A stretch of DNA of 64,000 nt from Alphaproteobacteria bacterium (GTDB lineage: Bacteria > Pseudomonadota > Alphaproteobacteria > GCA-2731375), in contig CBDDBZ010000038.1 of assembly GCA_965225945.1 (NCBI GenBank), positions 224,001-288,000 on the forward strand, read 5' to 3'. The notes beneath the pieces were generated by a model. That model ran no database searches and was not told the DNA's origin. It saw nothing but the letters and a program-made list of their open reading frames with translations. Positions 10,109-20,086 of this stretch are shown here, piece after piece. Each line of letters starts with the position of its first letter. Position 1 is the stretch's first letter. A program made the translations under genes and the position numbers.

Positions 10109-10823
10109 GGTCCTGGAGATGATGGCCGCACTCAAGCTCGCCGGCATGCGCGACGCGTTCGACGAGGTGCTCGCCGACGGCCTCAAGCGCCAGCATCCGA
10201 TGCAGCGAATCATCGGCGAGCTGTTGAAGGCCGAGATCGCCGACAAGCAGGCGCGATCCATCAAGTACCAGATGAGTGGCGCCAAGCTGCCGCTGGCCAA
10301 GGAGCTGGCCGACTTCGACTTCACCGACACCCCGGTCAACGAGCCGCTGGTCCGCGAGTTGGCGGTCGGCGGCTTCCTGGCCAACCAGCGCAACGCCGTG
10401 CTGATCGGCGGCACCGGCACCGGCAAGAGCCATCTCGCCGTCGCCATCGCGCGGGCCTGCATCCGCGATGGCGCCCGGGGCCGCTTCTTCAACGTCGTCG
10501 ACCTGGTCAACCGGCTCGAGGCCGAAGCCCGCGCCGGCCGTCAGGGCCGGCTCGCCGATCAGCTGGCCCGGCGCGACCTCGTCATCCTCGACGAGCTCGG
10601 CTACCTGCCCTTCGCCCAAACCGGAGGCCAGCTGCTGTTCCACCTCGTCAGCCGGCTCTACGAGCGCACCTCGATCATCGTCACCACCAACCTGACCTTC
10701 GGCGAATGGCCGTCCGTCTTCGGCGACGCCAAGATGACCACCGCGCTCCTCGATCGTCTGACGCACCACTGCGAGATCATCGAGACCGGAAACGACTCCT
10801 GGCGCTTCAAGAATCGGTCCTAA
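10095..10823 (+). CDS. istB: IS21 helper ATPase IstB
   Basis: Walker A GGTGTGKS, Walker [18 protein letters not shown]. Confidence 0.95.
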   Translation: MERHEVLEMMAALKLAGMRDAFDEVLADGLKRQHPMQRIIGELLKAEIADKQARSIKYQMSGAKLPLAKELADFDFTDTPVNEPLVRELAVGGFLANQRNAVLIGGTGTGKSHLAVAIARACIRDGARGRFFNVVDLVNRLEAEARAGRQGRLADQLARRDLVILDELGYLPFAQTGGQLLFHLVSRLYERTSIIVTTNLTFGEWPSVFGDAKMTTALLDRLTHHCEIIETGNDSWRFKNRS

Positions 10824-11157
10824 AGGCAACCGATCCACCTGCCGCCCGGTCGCCCAGGTGGGCCCACAGGAACCTCCCACGCGCGGTCCGCCGCCAGCCG
10901 CGTGGTGGGCGCGTCGGCCCGCGCGCGGGCCCCTCCTATGGACTACCTGTACGACCTCCGCCGTGCATCCCCAAAGGGGTCAACATTGCACGCCGATAGG
11001 GGGTCAATGTTCAACGCCGATTGACATAGCACCGGCCGCTGATCGGTGAAAAACGAGAATATCTCGGCCAACGCATGGATATTTTTCATGCGAGATGCGC
11101 GGTCGATACTGACTGGAAGTGAAATAGAATGTGCCTCACCGCCACTGGGTGGCCGGC

Positions 11158-11540
11158 ATGGTGGACCGGGTGCTCGGGGTGCCGGTCGCCCTCGACGAAA
11201 ACTCGATACTTGCGCTCAAGGAGCCGTGTAAAGGCGCGGCCTGGCTTGGTCACACTACTACAGCAAGTCCTATTCGAACCGACCCGGCCAGCGGGATCGC
11301 CAACCGCTCGTGGTGAACGGCCTCGTGGAGAAGCTGTCGGACGTCTCGGCGCCGCCTCTCGGCGATCGACCGGTCGCGCTGCTGGAGGTCGCAACGATCT
11401 TCGCCAAGTGGTGTCGCCACAGGAGACGCGAGTATCCCTTGTTCCACGAGACCCGGGAGGTGGCCGCTGCGCTTGACGAGTGGTCCGCTGTCACTGAGAC
11501 CGCCGCGCGCCTGAGGCTTGCCTTGCCCCGCCACGAATGA
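11158..11540 (+). pseudogene. Frameshifted gene fragment of unknown function
   Basis: Coding-like codon usage continues across two frames and ends at TGA 11540; 5' part missing. Confidence 0.3.
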
Positions 11541-12072
11541 TCCGCCGTCATCTGTGGACGGCGCCTCCTTGGCAAGGGTTTTCTCGGTGTCGATGCAGGG
11601 CTGGTCGGATGCGATCAACTGTAGGTTACATCGTCGCCAGCTTGGCGCTGCGGCTCTACCAACTGAACCGCCTGGAACGGGCCACCAGGACGGTCTGCCA
11701 CGCTCGGTATGGAGGGGAACCGGACTTTTTGAGTTTCCGCCCAGGGCTATTGTTCTCAGAATTCCCAGAATGGAAAACAATGAAAAGGCGAAGATGGGCG
11801 GTATTCAAACCAGTGGCGATGACCTGGAATCCGTCGAGTCTGGCGAGCGGGCCCCCCGGCCACAGGTCAGCCGCCCCCAAGCCCACGCCGGCGCTACGGC
11901 CCGTCGCGAGGCCGTTCAAACGCGTGACGCCGGCCGAGCCGTGGACGAACTCGTGACCTGGCGTTACGCTCAAGCCCAAGCGCAACGGCCGCTTTGGCCA
12001 CGCGATAGGTCGGGATCGCCGGACGGTAACCTTCAATCCCCGCACACCGCCATTTATTCGGAGGAGACCGGA

Positions 12073-12741
12073 ATGAACCTCAAACTCTATTCCAGGTATC
12101 GCAACTCGGCCGGACAGCGCGTTCGCACGTCGCTCAACATCAAGGGCCTCGCGTACGAATACATTCCGGTTTCGCTAGCCGGCGGCGCACCGGATTCGTA
12201 TCGCGAGGAGATCAACCCGCAGGCCCTGATTCCATCGCTCGTGATCGACGGCGAGATCGTAACCCAGTCAACCGCCCTGATCGAATTCATCGAAGAGAGT
12301 TTCGAGGGACCCTCGCTGTTGCCAGCCGACCCGATCGCGCGGGCGCGGTCCCGCGCTTTCAGCCAGGTCATCGCCTGCGAGATCCACCCGGTCATCGGCC
12401 CTAAAATTCAGCGACATCTTCGTGCGACCTTCGATACCGCCAAGGAGGATACGCTTGCCTGGTATTGCCATTGGCTCCACCACGGCTTTGCAACGTTGGA
12501 AGAACTGTTGCGCCGGCGCCCGACCGCAACGCCCTTTTGCTACGACGAAAAACCGACGTTCGGCGACATCTACCTCGTACCGCAGCTCTATAACGCGCGC
12601 CGCGCCGGGGTCGAGCTGGACCTTTCGGATTATCCGCTGCTCACCGAGATCGACGAACGCTGCCGGGCGCTGCCTGAATTCGACCGCGCCATGCCGGAAA
12701 ACCAACCAGATTTCCCGGCGAACCCGGCGGATCGGCGATAG
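12073..12741 (+). CDS. maiA: Maleylacetoacetate isomerase / zeta-class GST
   Basis: LYSRYRNSAGQRVR, NPQALIPSL, IACEIHP and LVPQLYNARR motifs; GGAGGAG RBS. Confidence 0.85.
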   Translation: MNLKLYSRYRNSAGQRVRTSLNIKGLAYEYIPVSLAGGAPDSYREEINPQALIPSLVIDGEIVTQSTALIEFIEESFEGPSLLPADPIARARSRAFSQVIACEIHPVIGPKIQRHLRATFDTAKEDTLAWYCHWLHHGFATLEELLRRRPTATPFCYDEKPTFGDIYLVPQLYNARRAGVELDLSDYPLLTEIDERCRALPEFDRAMPENQPDFPANPADRR

Positions 12742-12880
12742 CCCCAACCCGCGTCGTCCCGGGAACGCGTAGCGTTAAGTTAGCGTCTAGCCCCTCATGC
12801 GCGAAGGCCGGAACGGGCCGGTGGTGCGGAACGGTCTCCGGCGCCGGCGGCCTGTAGCCGAGGGCGCCGTGTGGCTTGGG
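12742..12880 (-). pseudogene. IS3-family 3' end remnant
   Basis: PHGALGYRPPAPET motif typical of IS3 OrfB C-termini. Confidence 0.6.
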
Positions 12881-12903
12881 CATGTCTAGCCTCAGGGGTG
12901 GTA

Positions 12904-13761
12904 TCAGTCTCGTGCTCGGGTGCATATGGCCTCGATCAGGCGCTGCATGGTCGCCTTGACCGTTGCGAAGCCGTCGGTCCGTGTGAAGGTTTTGGTGTCG
13001 ATGAACATCCGCTTGTTGATCTCGACGAAGATGCTCTCGACGCCGCTCGCTGGATCGCTGTGCCGCCGCGTGAGATAGCCACCATAGTATGGGAAGTTGA
13101 TGCTGACCGAGTGGCCAGCCGCCTCCAGCGTTTTGGTTGCAAATTCCAAGAATTCGGGTTTGCAGGTGGTGCCATGAACGTCGCCGAGATTGAAGTCGGC
13201 GCGCTCCTGTCCCGGATCGGCATGGGTCGGCGCGCCGACCGCCGACATGCAGTGACACGAAACCTGAAAGGCGCGGCCGTGCTCCGCCTTCATCGTGGCG
13301 AGAATGCGCGCCAATTCCCGGTGGTAGGGCTCGTGATAGAGGTCGAGGCGCGCCCGGACCTCTTCGACCGTCAGCTTCCGCTCCTGCATATCCTCGCCAT
13401 AGCGGGACAGACGTTTGATCAGACCAAGGCCGCGCTCGGTGAAATCGCTCTGCTCGACCGGTCCCGGCCAGGTGCCGTCGATCATTCGCTCGTCGATATC
13501 GGCGGCGCTGCGATTGGTGTCGACATAGGTATTGGGAAAGCTGGCGTAGAGCATGGTCGCGCCGAGCCGTGGTGCCATGCCGCACAGCTCCTCGACATAC
13601 ATCGAGACATTGTCGTGCAGGACCGTGAACGGGATTGGCGAGCGAAAATCGTGGGGGTATTCGCGCCCGCTCCGCGAGACGTCGACGAGCACGGGCACCG
13701 GTCGGCCCACCGGTTCGTAACGCAGGAAGACGCCGGGGCGGACCGCGATCGATACCGCCAT
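12904..13761 (-). CDS. N-formylglutamate amidohydrolase family protein
   Basis: SGREYP, YVDTNR, YHEPYH, CHCM, LGDVHG and VEINKR motifs; note SRSG where PHSG is usual. Confidence 0.85.
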   Translation of the reverse strand: MAVSIAVRPGVFLRYEPVGRPVPVLVDVSRSGREYPHDFRSPIPFTVLHDNVSMYVEELCGMAPRLGATMLYASFPNTYVDTNRSAADIDERMIDGTWPGPVEQSDFTERGLGLIKRLSRYGEDMQERKLTVEEVRARLDLYHEPYHRELARILATMKAEHGRAFQVSCHCMSAVGAPTHADPGQERADFNLGDVHGTTCKPEFLEFATKTLEAAGHSVSINFPYYGGYLTRRHSDPASGVESIFVEINKRMFIDTKTFTRTDGFATVKATMQRLIEAICTRARD

Positions 13762-13842
13762 GCCCCATCCCTTCTCTTCGGTCCGAAATCATGCACCCGC
13801 CATCATACCGTCGAGCCCGGCCGGCGCCGCCGCCTCCATCCT

Positions 13843-13975
13843 CGCGTCGATCCCGTGAAGGCGGATGCGCTCCCCGGCGATCTCGATCAGTCGCCGTCGA
13901 TCACGCGGCCGGACCCGTGACGTCGGCCAGGGCGAGGGTCGGGAGGAGCGTGAGCACGAAGGCAAGGCGGAGCAT
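13843..13975 (-). pseudogene. Thermonuclease (SNase) 5' fragment F1
   Basis: MLRLAFVLTLLPTLALADVTG..IEIAGERIRLHGIDA with a frameshift; homologous to 28701, 33272 and 53073. Confidence 0.8.
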
Positions 13976-14029
13976 GGTGGGGAGCGTAGCAGGGCCGGCG
14001 TGGTGTGCATGCGATGGCCATTCGCCACG

Positions 14030-14125
14030 ATGTCGGCTTTCGCTCAGATCACGTCCGGTGTACCCCCAAGACTCACCTAAACATTAGCTGGCGCTAACGG
14101 GAGATTGTTGATCCGCAGCAGCCAT
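14030..14125 (-). repeat. Modular repeat unit S2
   Basis: Reverse complement: atggctgctgc-GGATCA|acaatctcccgttagcgccagCTAAT-gtttaggtgagtct-TGGGGGTA-caccggacgt-gatctgagc-gaaagccgacat. Confidence 0.8.
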
Positions 14126-14443
14126 ACCGGAATGTGGCGGAGAGATTGACCGTCGCCCGCGATTGAGGCTCCACTCAGTCCTATAAAAACTGAGGCAATT
14201 GAAGTCCCGCCATTTTCCGCAGCGGCCTACCAAGGGTTCAAGGATTTGCGACGGCCGGAACCAGGACACGTGCTACTTTGCCAATGCAGGGGGCGCAACT
14301 TGACCCGGTCTGGCCATTACACAAGGAAACAGCCGCCGAAGGAGGGGTGGCAATACCGCCAAACCATCTCCTAAAAATCGCACCGCTTAGATCGAGCCGA
14401 TCTGATAGTGCGGTCCATGCACAAGCAATAGGGAGTATTCGCG

Positions 14444-15257
14444 TTGCCGAAAATGCCGATACCGCCGGACGGCGAGATCAACTATGTGGTCGACGATTTT
14501 GCGTGGCCGTGGGAGACGCCGGAGAGCATTCTCTGCGTGCATGGCGTGGCGGAAGGCACCCGCGCATGGGTCCGTTGGGTGCCCTACCTCGCCCGGCTGG
14601 GGCGGGTGGTCCGCATGGATCAGCGCGGCTACGGAGACTCGACGCCGATGGCGGCGGATTTCGCCTGGAATCTGGATCAACTGGCCGACGACGTGGTGCG
14701 GTTGATCGAACTTGTCGCCCCGGAAGGCCTTCATCTCATCGGCGCCAAGATCGGCGGCCCCGTCGTCACCCGGGCCGCGACGCGCCGCCCGGACCTGATC
14801 AAGACCCTCACTCTTGTCGGCACGCCGATCAAGGGGCCGGAAGAGGCCGATCAAGGGGCCGGAAGAGCATGAATGGCTCGCGATGGTGGAGCGGGACGGC
14901 GTGCGCGCCTGGGCGGAGAAAACCATGGAGGCCCGCCTCGAGGGCATGAGCGATGCGGCCAAGGCCTGGTGGATCGACATGATGGCGGAAACGCCGCAAT
15001 CGACGCTGATCGGATTTTTCCGCTTCGTGTCCAGTATCGACGTCAGCGGCGATCTCGCGAAGATTGCCTGCCCGACCCTGGTGATCGGCTCCGACAATCC
15101 GCGCCGCCCGATTCAAGACGCCCGCGACTGGCAGAAAATAATCCCCAATTCCACATTGGACCTAGTCCCGGGCAAGGGCTATCACGCCGCCGTGACCCAG
15201 GCAGCGAAATGCGCGACGGTCACCTCCGATTTCATCGCACGACATCTGAGTGGCTGA
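14444..15257 (+). pseudogene. Alpha/beta hydrolase split by a 22-bp duplication
   Basis: HGV, DQRGYGDS, GAKIGG and PTLVIGSD motifs; gccgatcaaggggccggaagag is duplicated at 14824-14867 and shifts the frame. Confidence 0.85.
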
Positions 15258-15361
15258 AAATGCAGGATAAATTATCCCGAGTTGTGCTATTTTATTGGCG
15301 CAGCTTTCCCGGCATTGGTTTGAGCTACCGACGATGCATTACATTTTTTGGAGGCATCCGG

Positions 15362-15450
15362 ATGATACGCGGTCCGAGTGACCTAAACGACGACTTTCTT
15401 CTCAGTTTGCCCGACGAAGGGCCGGTCGTCGTGGTTAATCTTGTGCGCTT
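15362..15450 (+). pseudogene. DUF1330-like 5' fragment
   Basis: GGAGG RBS then MIRGPSDLNDDFLLSLPDEGPVVVVNLVRL, then truncated. Confidence 0.4.
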
Positions 15451-15741
15451 GCAACGGCGAGTCAACCCCCAGCAATTGACCTCCATCGGATGCAGGTCCG
15501 GAATCGCCCCTCGATGGTAACTACCCAGGTCTGATTGGCCCGAGCGTTTGTATGTGAGGGATCGTGGGGGTCCGGGCTGGTAGCGGTGCCGGTGTTCTCA
15601 GAGGCGCAGTTGGGGGATTAGTTGCATCGGATCGGGATGCACCAGGGTCTGGAGGACGTTCCAGCCTTGCTTTCGTGAGTCGGACCCGATTTCCTTGGAC
15701 ACAGAATTGGCTTAATCGAAGTGTCCAAGGAGGACCGGAAC

Positions 15742-16149
15742 ATGACCGACAATTTTGAGAACAAAGTTGCTGTTGATGGGCCTGTGGTAAACGAGGGCGA
15801 GCTTGGCTCGTCCACGTTTTCCCCGGGCCAGGTTTCGCCGGCAGGCCCGCTGGGACTTGGCCAGCGGTGGACGGTGACGCGCAAGCGTGAGGTTGCCCTG
15901 CGGCTTTTGCGTGGCGAGCCGGTGGAACTTTTGTCGCGGCAGTTGGGCGTGGAGATTTTCCGGCTCGAGCAGTGGCGTGAGAAGGCGATCGCCGGGATCG
16001 ATGCCTCGCTCAAGGAACGCAAGGGCGATCCGGTAAAGGCGGAACTGGACATCATGAAGCGGATCGGGGAGTTGATCATGCAGGTGGAACTGCTGGAGGC
16101 CAAGACGGAGACGTCCGGCCCTTTGGGGCGGCGGAGGTCGCGGCGATGA
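15742..16149 (+). CDS. IS3-like OrfA (HTH)
   Basis: RWTVTRKREVALRLLRGE..LSRQLGV; overlaps orfB at ATGA. Confidence 0.8.
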   Translation: MTDNFENKVAVDGPVVNEGELGSSTFSPGQVSPAGPLGLGQRWTVTRKREVALRLLRGEPVELLSRQLGVEIFRLEQWREKAIAGIDASLKERKGDPVKAELDIMKRIGELIMQVELLEAKTETSGPLGRRRSRR

Positions 16150-17660
16150 GTGCCGCCACCTCTCCCGGCACGGGTTTGGCCTACGGCCTCCAGCGGGTCT
16201 GTGCGGCCTGGGGTTTTGCCCGTTCCTCGTTCCTTGCCTATCCGGTTATCACCCACACCCACTATATGTAGTGTGTCTCCTTGGACTGCAGGCAAGGGCC
16301 GGCGCAGGCCATTGAGGAGGCGATCCGGCTAATTCTTGATTGTTCTGAAAACCGAACCGGAGTTTAATTCACGTCACGTACTTAACATCGGGGGACGGAA
16401 CGGTGGCGACCAAGGGAAAAACGAAGAAACCCACGGCCAGACGGGAAGCTGTGATGAAACGACATCGTCTGAGCGATTGACGGCACTAGTCGAAGAAAGC
16501 GACGCGCTGGCACGAATCGTTGCGAAGAACCCGTCCGCGCCTGTTAGTCTCCTGCGCGTTTTTCGCAGCGAAGACGAAGCGACACGCAAGAACGTGATCC
16601 TCAATCCGTTTACTTCATATGACGTATTGAGCGAACTTGAAAACCAGTTCACAGAGCTATTTGTGAATAATCCGGCACTCGAATCCTACAATTCAATGAA
16701 GCTCTGTGAATATTCCATCGTCGTTCACCTCCTCAGATAAATTTCAATGAAGTGACGGTCCTTTATGCAACGTGGCGTTTTGCCTAAATCCGGTCTGTCG
16801 GCCTTGGGGTTTTGCCCGATTCCTCGTTCACGCCATGAAATCCCGGCAGCAGGCCACCGCTGAGCGCCCCCAGCAAAGCGCCGGGGACCAAGCCCTCGAT
16901 CTCGGACGAGGCTCTGCTGGTGGCCATCGAGGCCGACCTCGGCATCCCCCTGGGAGGGCGAGGGACCGCAAGGTCTGGGCTCGGCTTCGGGTCTGTCGTG
17001 GCGATCTGCGTGTTCCCCCTCCCGCAAGGCGGGTCGGCTCCGGGTGATGCGCGCGAGAACAACCTGCTCTCGCCCCATCGCTGCCGCCGCCGTGGCGGAA
17101 ATCCCCATGTCGGTGAGATCATCACCCATGCCCCCAACCTCATGTGGGGCACGGACGGCGTTCGGGTGTTCACGGTGGACGACGGCTGGGGCTGGATATT
17201 CACCGCCATCGAGCATTGGAACGCCGAGTGCGTCGGCTGGCATGTGTGCAAGCGAGGCGACCGCTTCGCCGCCCTTCAGCCGATCTCCATGGGGCTTGCG
17301 AGGCTGTATGCCTCGACCTCCGCCGGTGCGGCGCGGGGGCTGGCCTTGCGGATGGATCACGGCTCCCAGTATCTGTCGGACCACTTCACCAACCAGATCA
17401 AGTTCTGGGGCATCCAGCCGTCCTACGCCTTCGTCGAACAGCCCCAGACCAACGGCGTCGCCGAGAGGTTCAATCGCACGCTCAAGGAACAGATCATCCA
17501 TGGCCGCATCTACCGCAACATCGCGGAGCTGCGGAACGCCGTCCGCGGGTTCGTCGAACAGTACAATGCCCAGTGGATCGTGGAGAAGAACGGCTACCTG
17601 AGCCCCGCTCAAGCTCGTCAGGCGTGGCACACCGCGATGTCACTCAGGCCCGCCGCATGA
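16146..17660 (+). pseudogene. IS3-like OrfB, disrupted
   Basis: WGTD, DHGSQY and NGVAERFNRTLKE intact in the 3' half; the 5' half has a ~540-bp insert and many indels. Confidence 0.85.
16336..16740 (+). CDS. Leucine-rich-variant repeat-like fragment in an AT-richer insert
   Basis: Repeated VAKNPSAP / VILNPFT / VNNPAL units; lower GC than the flanks. Confidence 0.45.
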   Translation: MIVLKTEPEFNSRHVLNIGGRNGGDQGKNEETHGQTGSCDETTSSERLTALVEESDALARIVAKNPSAPVSLLRVFRSEDEATRKNVILNPFTSYDVLSELENQFTELFVNNPALESYNSMKLCEYSIVVHLLR

Positions 17661-19167
17661 GACAAACTTGTGTCCAAGGAACCGGGTGCGATACACCAGC
17701 CTTGCTTTCGGGCGGTGGCGATGACGGCACGCATTCTGGCGAAGTTGTAGGCACCCCTCTCGGAGCGGAAGCCACCGGAGATCTTCTGGCGCAGCTTGGC
17801 CATTCGGAGGTCACGTTCGGCCTCATTGTTCGTAAACGGCGTGCGCGGGTCGGTGAGGAATCGCAGGCATCCCTCCTTGTGCTTGCGGAGGCGGAGCGCG
17901 AGGTTATGACCGATGCGGCGTTTCTTTCGTCCGCGCTTGCCGGTCCGGAGCGGCGGCTGCGCCTCGTGGAAGGCGATGGCGTGGTCGAGGATGCGGGCCC
18001 AGGCCCGCGAGATCCGGGCCACCAGGGAGGCGGGCACGTCGCGGCCGTTCTCACGGGAGAAGCGGGTAGCCCTGTGTGCGCGCTCAAGGAGGCGGTGCAT
18101 GCTCTTTGCCCAGTCTTCCTTCTCGATGTCGATCAGGGCCTGGAGTTCGCGCAGGTGATGGGCGTTGCAGGCGCCGTGGCGCACGCCCTTGAGGGTGAAG
18201 TAGGCGGCGTAATCGTCATGGATGAGGATGCCTTCGAGGTCCTTTTCGACATCGCCGCGTCCCGCGCCGATGCGCAGGACGGTCAGGAATGGGGTGCACA
18301 GCACGTGGAGCCAGCGGGTACGGGCGGCGATCCGCAGGCCGGTTTCGTCGAGGTGCTTGACCGGGACCGCTGTGCGGATCACGTCTGCGACATGGGCGAG
18401 GAAGGGCTCGAAGCGCCTGGCGATTCGCCGGCCCATGGCGGTGATCGTGGCTGTGGAGATGGACACTGCGAAGAGGTCGCTCATGAGTTCGGCCAAGCGC
18501 TTCTCGGGAACGAACTGGGCGTACAGCAGGTAGCTCACCCAGGCGGTGATGCGTGGCCCGTACTGGACCGGGGCGGTCACGCCGTCCGGGAAGACGGCTC
18601 CTGTCACGGTGGCGCAGGCGCCGCAGAGGCAGCGATGGGCGCGGTGTTCGGTGACCTCCAGGGGGCGTGGCTCGGGCACATCGAAGACCTGTCGACAGAC
18701 GGGCGCGCGGTGACGGTCGGCGTCCGACAGCGGTGCGCCGCAGCCCGAACAGGCGGAGGGGTCATGATCCACAACATGGTCCGGGCTCTCGGTCCGCGCC
18801 AGCGTCGTTCCCTTGTGGCCCGGCTGGCCGCCGCTTGGCCTGCCGGACTTGCCGCGCTGGCTTCGGGTGCGCCTCTGGGTTCCGCTCTTCTTGCGCAGGC
18901 CGTCGCTGGCGGGCGGCTTGCTGCTGGTGGTGCTGTCAAGCGCCGCGCTCCGCTCGAGCTCGGCGATGCGGTCCCGCAGGGTCGCGTTCTCCCGCTCGAG
19001 CGCGGCATTCTCCCGGACGAGCGCCGTGGCCAGGCGCAACAGCCCCTGGCCCCATTCCCGGAAGGCCTTGACGACTGTGATTGCGAAGGATGAGGGGTCA
19101 AGAAGATCTTGCAGGCACGCGAAGGCCTCGTCATGGGCGGCGAGGTCCTCGTGCCAGCGCGACAGCG

Positions 19168-19833
19168 TCACGGGTCCTCGGCATCGACGGCCATCATGGC
19201 GGCCAGCACCGCGAGGCGTTCGCCCGCCGGCAAGGCCTTGTAACGCCGGCCCCAGTTGGCCGCCTTACGCTTGATGCGCTGGCGGTCGGTGAAGTTCCGG
19301 CCTGCGTAGCTCGCCCAATGCACCCGGTCGGGCGCGAAGTTGAACCACACGACCTCGGTCCGCACCTGGGCCTGGGTCGTCACCTGCAGCGCCAGACTGC
19401 GCCAGCCCGCCAGCATCTCGTCATAGAGCGCCGAGGGATGGCCCGAGACCATCACCTGGCAGGGCAGATCCTTGAGCAGGTCCAGGAGCGCGACATGGTC
19501 GACCTCCTCGTAGTCGAAGCGATAGCGCCGTGCCGAACGGCGGGTCGCGTGCAGATAGGGGGGATCGCTGTAGACCAGCTCCGGGCCCAGAAACGGGAAC
19601 GAGGCCAAAAAGGCATGGGCACAGCCATGCACCAACTCGACCGGGTAGTCACAGGCAAAGGCCTCGAGCGCCTGCGCATCGCGGTCGATGCCGATCGAGC
19701 GCACGCCCGTTGGCTTGCGCTTCATCAGCGCACCGCCCCCCAGGTGGCTCTCGATGTAAACGCTGTGCGGCGGCATCAGCGCAATCAGCGCCTGGCACAG
19801 ACCGCTCGTCGCCTTCGACCCAAAATATTCCAC
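19168..19833 (-). CDS. DNA adenine methyltransferase (Dam/D12-like), IS66 passenger
   Basis: YFGSK, YIESHLGGG (motif I) and YSDPPY (motif IV); stop overlaps the transposase start (GTGA). Confidence 0.85.
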   Translation of the reverse strand: MEYFGSKATSGLCQALIALMPPHSVYIESHLGGGALMKRKPTGVRSIGIDRDAQALEAFACDYPVELVHGCAHAFLASFPFLGPELVYSDPPYLHATRRSARRYRFDYEEVDHVALLDLLKDLPCQVMVSGHPSALYDEMLAGWRSLALQVTTQAQVRTEVVWFNFAPDRVHWASYAGRNFTDRQRIKRKAANWGRRYKALPAGERLAVLAAMMAVDAEDP

Positions 19834-19982
19834 GCGCCGCTCCCGTCACACGAGAGCGCAACCCATAGACGCCCGATTCTATGGAGTCAAGAGACGATCA
19901 ACGACGCGGCGGCGGAAACCCGGCCCCGGCGACCACCTACATCATCCTCTCGCGGTCAAGAGCGGGGTACCTGGGTAGTTAC

Positions 19983-20063
19983 CCTCGATGTCGTATGTTC
20001 CCCCAGGTACGGGCATGATATCAGAAGATGCTGTTTTACCGGTTATGACCCGAAGGCGACATT
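19983..20063 (-). repeat. Modular repeat unit S3 (its tail at 15495-15516 split off by IS66)
   Basis: Reverse complement: aatgtcgccttc-GGGTCA|taaccggtaaaacagcatcttCTGAT-atcatgcccgtacc-TGGGGGAA-catacgacat; close match to 35323-35394. Confidence 0.75.
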
Positions 20064-20086
20064 ACCAATCCTTGAAAACCCAACTA

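Larger units (their letters stand above)
8491..11026 (+). mobile_element. IS21-family element, copy 1
   Basis: TG..CA ends with internal repeated binding sites, istA/istB; 9-bp deletion in the left end relative to copies 2 and 3; no TSD. Confidence 0.95.
15676..17695 (+). mobile_element. IS3-like element, copy 1 (damaged, with internal foreign insert)
   Basis: Same ends as 26109-27540; 15-bp TSD ccagccttgctttcg (15661-15675, 17696-17710). Confidence 0.9.
15598..19171 (-). pseudogene. IS66 transposase interrupted near its C-terminus by an IS3-like element
   Basis: Coiled coil, SSKPPASD, Zn finger, HLDETG and TNNEAERDLR motifs; the frame resumes at 15675 (RKQGWNVLQ..) and stops at 15598. Confidence 0.9.
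15517..19982 (-). mobile_element. IS66-family (single transposase) element with a methylase passenger gene
   Basis: 14-bp TIR GTAACTACCCAGGT at both ends; 8-bp TSD CCTCGATG (15509-15516, 19983-19990). Confidence 0.92.

Noticed and set aside
8846-10510. Long antisense or alternate-frame ORFs over IS21 (also 17144-19093, 26174-27562, 28392-30122, 48037-49701, 59119-60783, 61858-63237)
   Set aside because: These are shadow ORFs of GC-rich real genes with no recognisable motifs.
11518-12072. N-terminal extension of MaiA
   Set aside because: There is a strong RBS and a family-typical start at 12073; the upstream frame is not protein-like.
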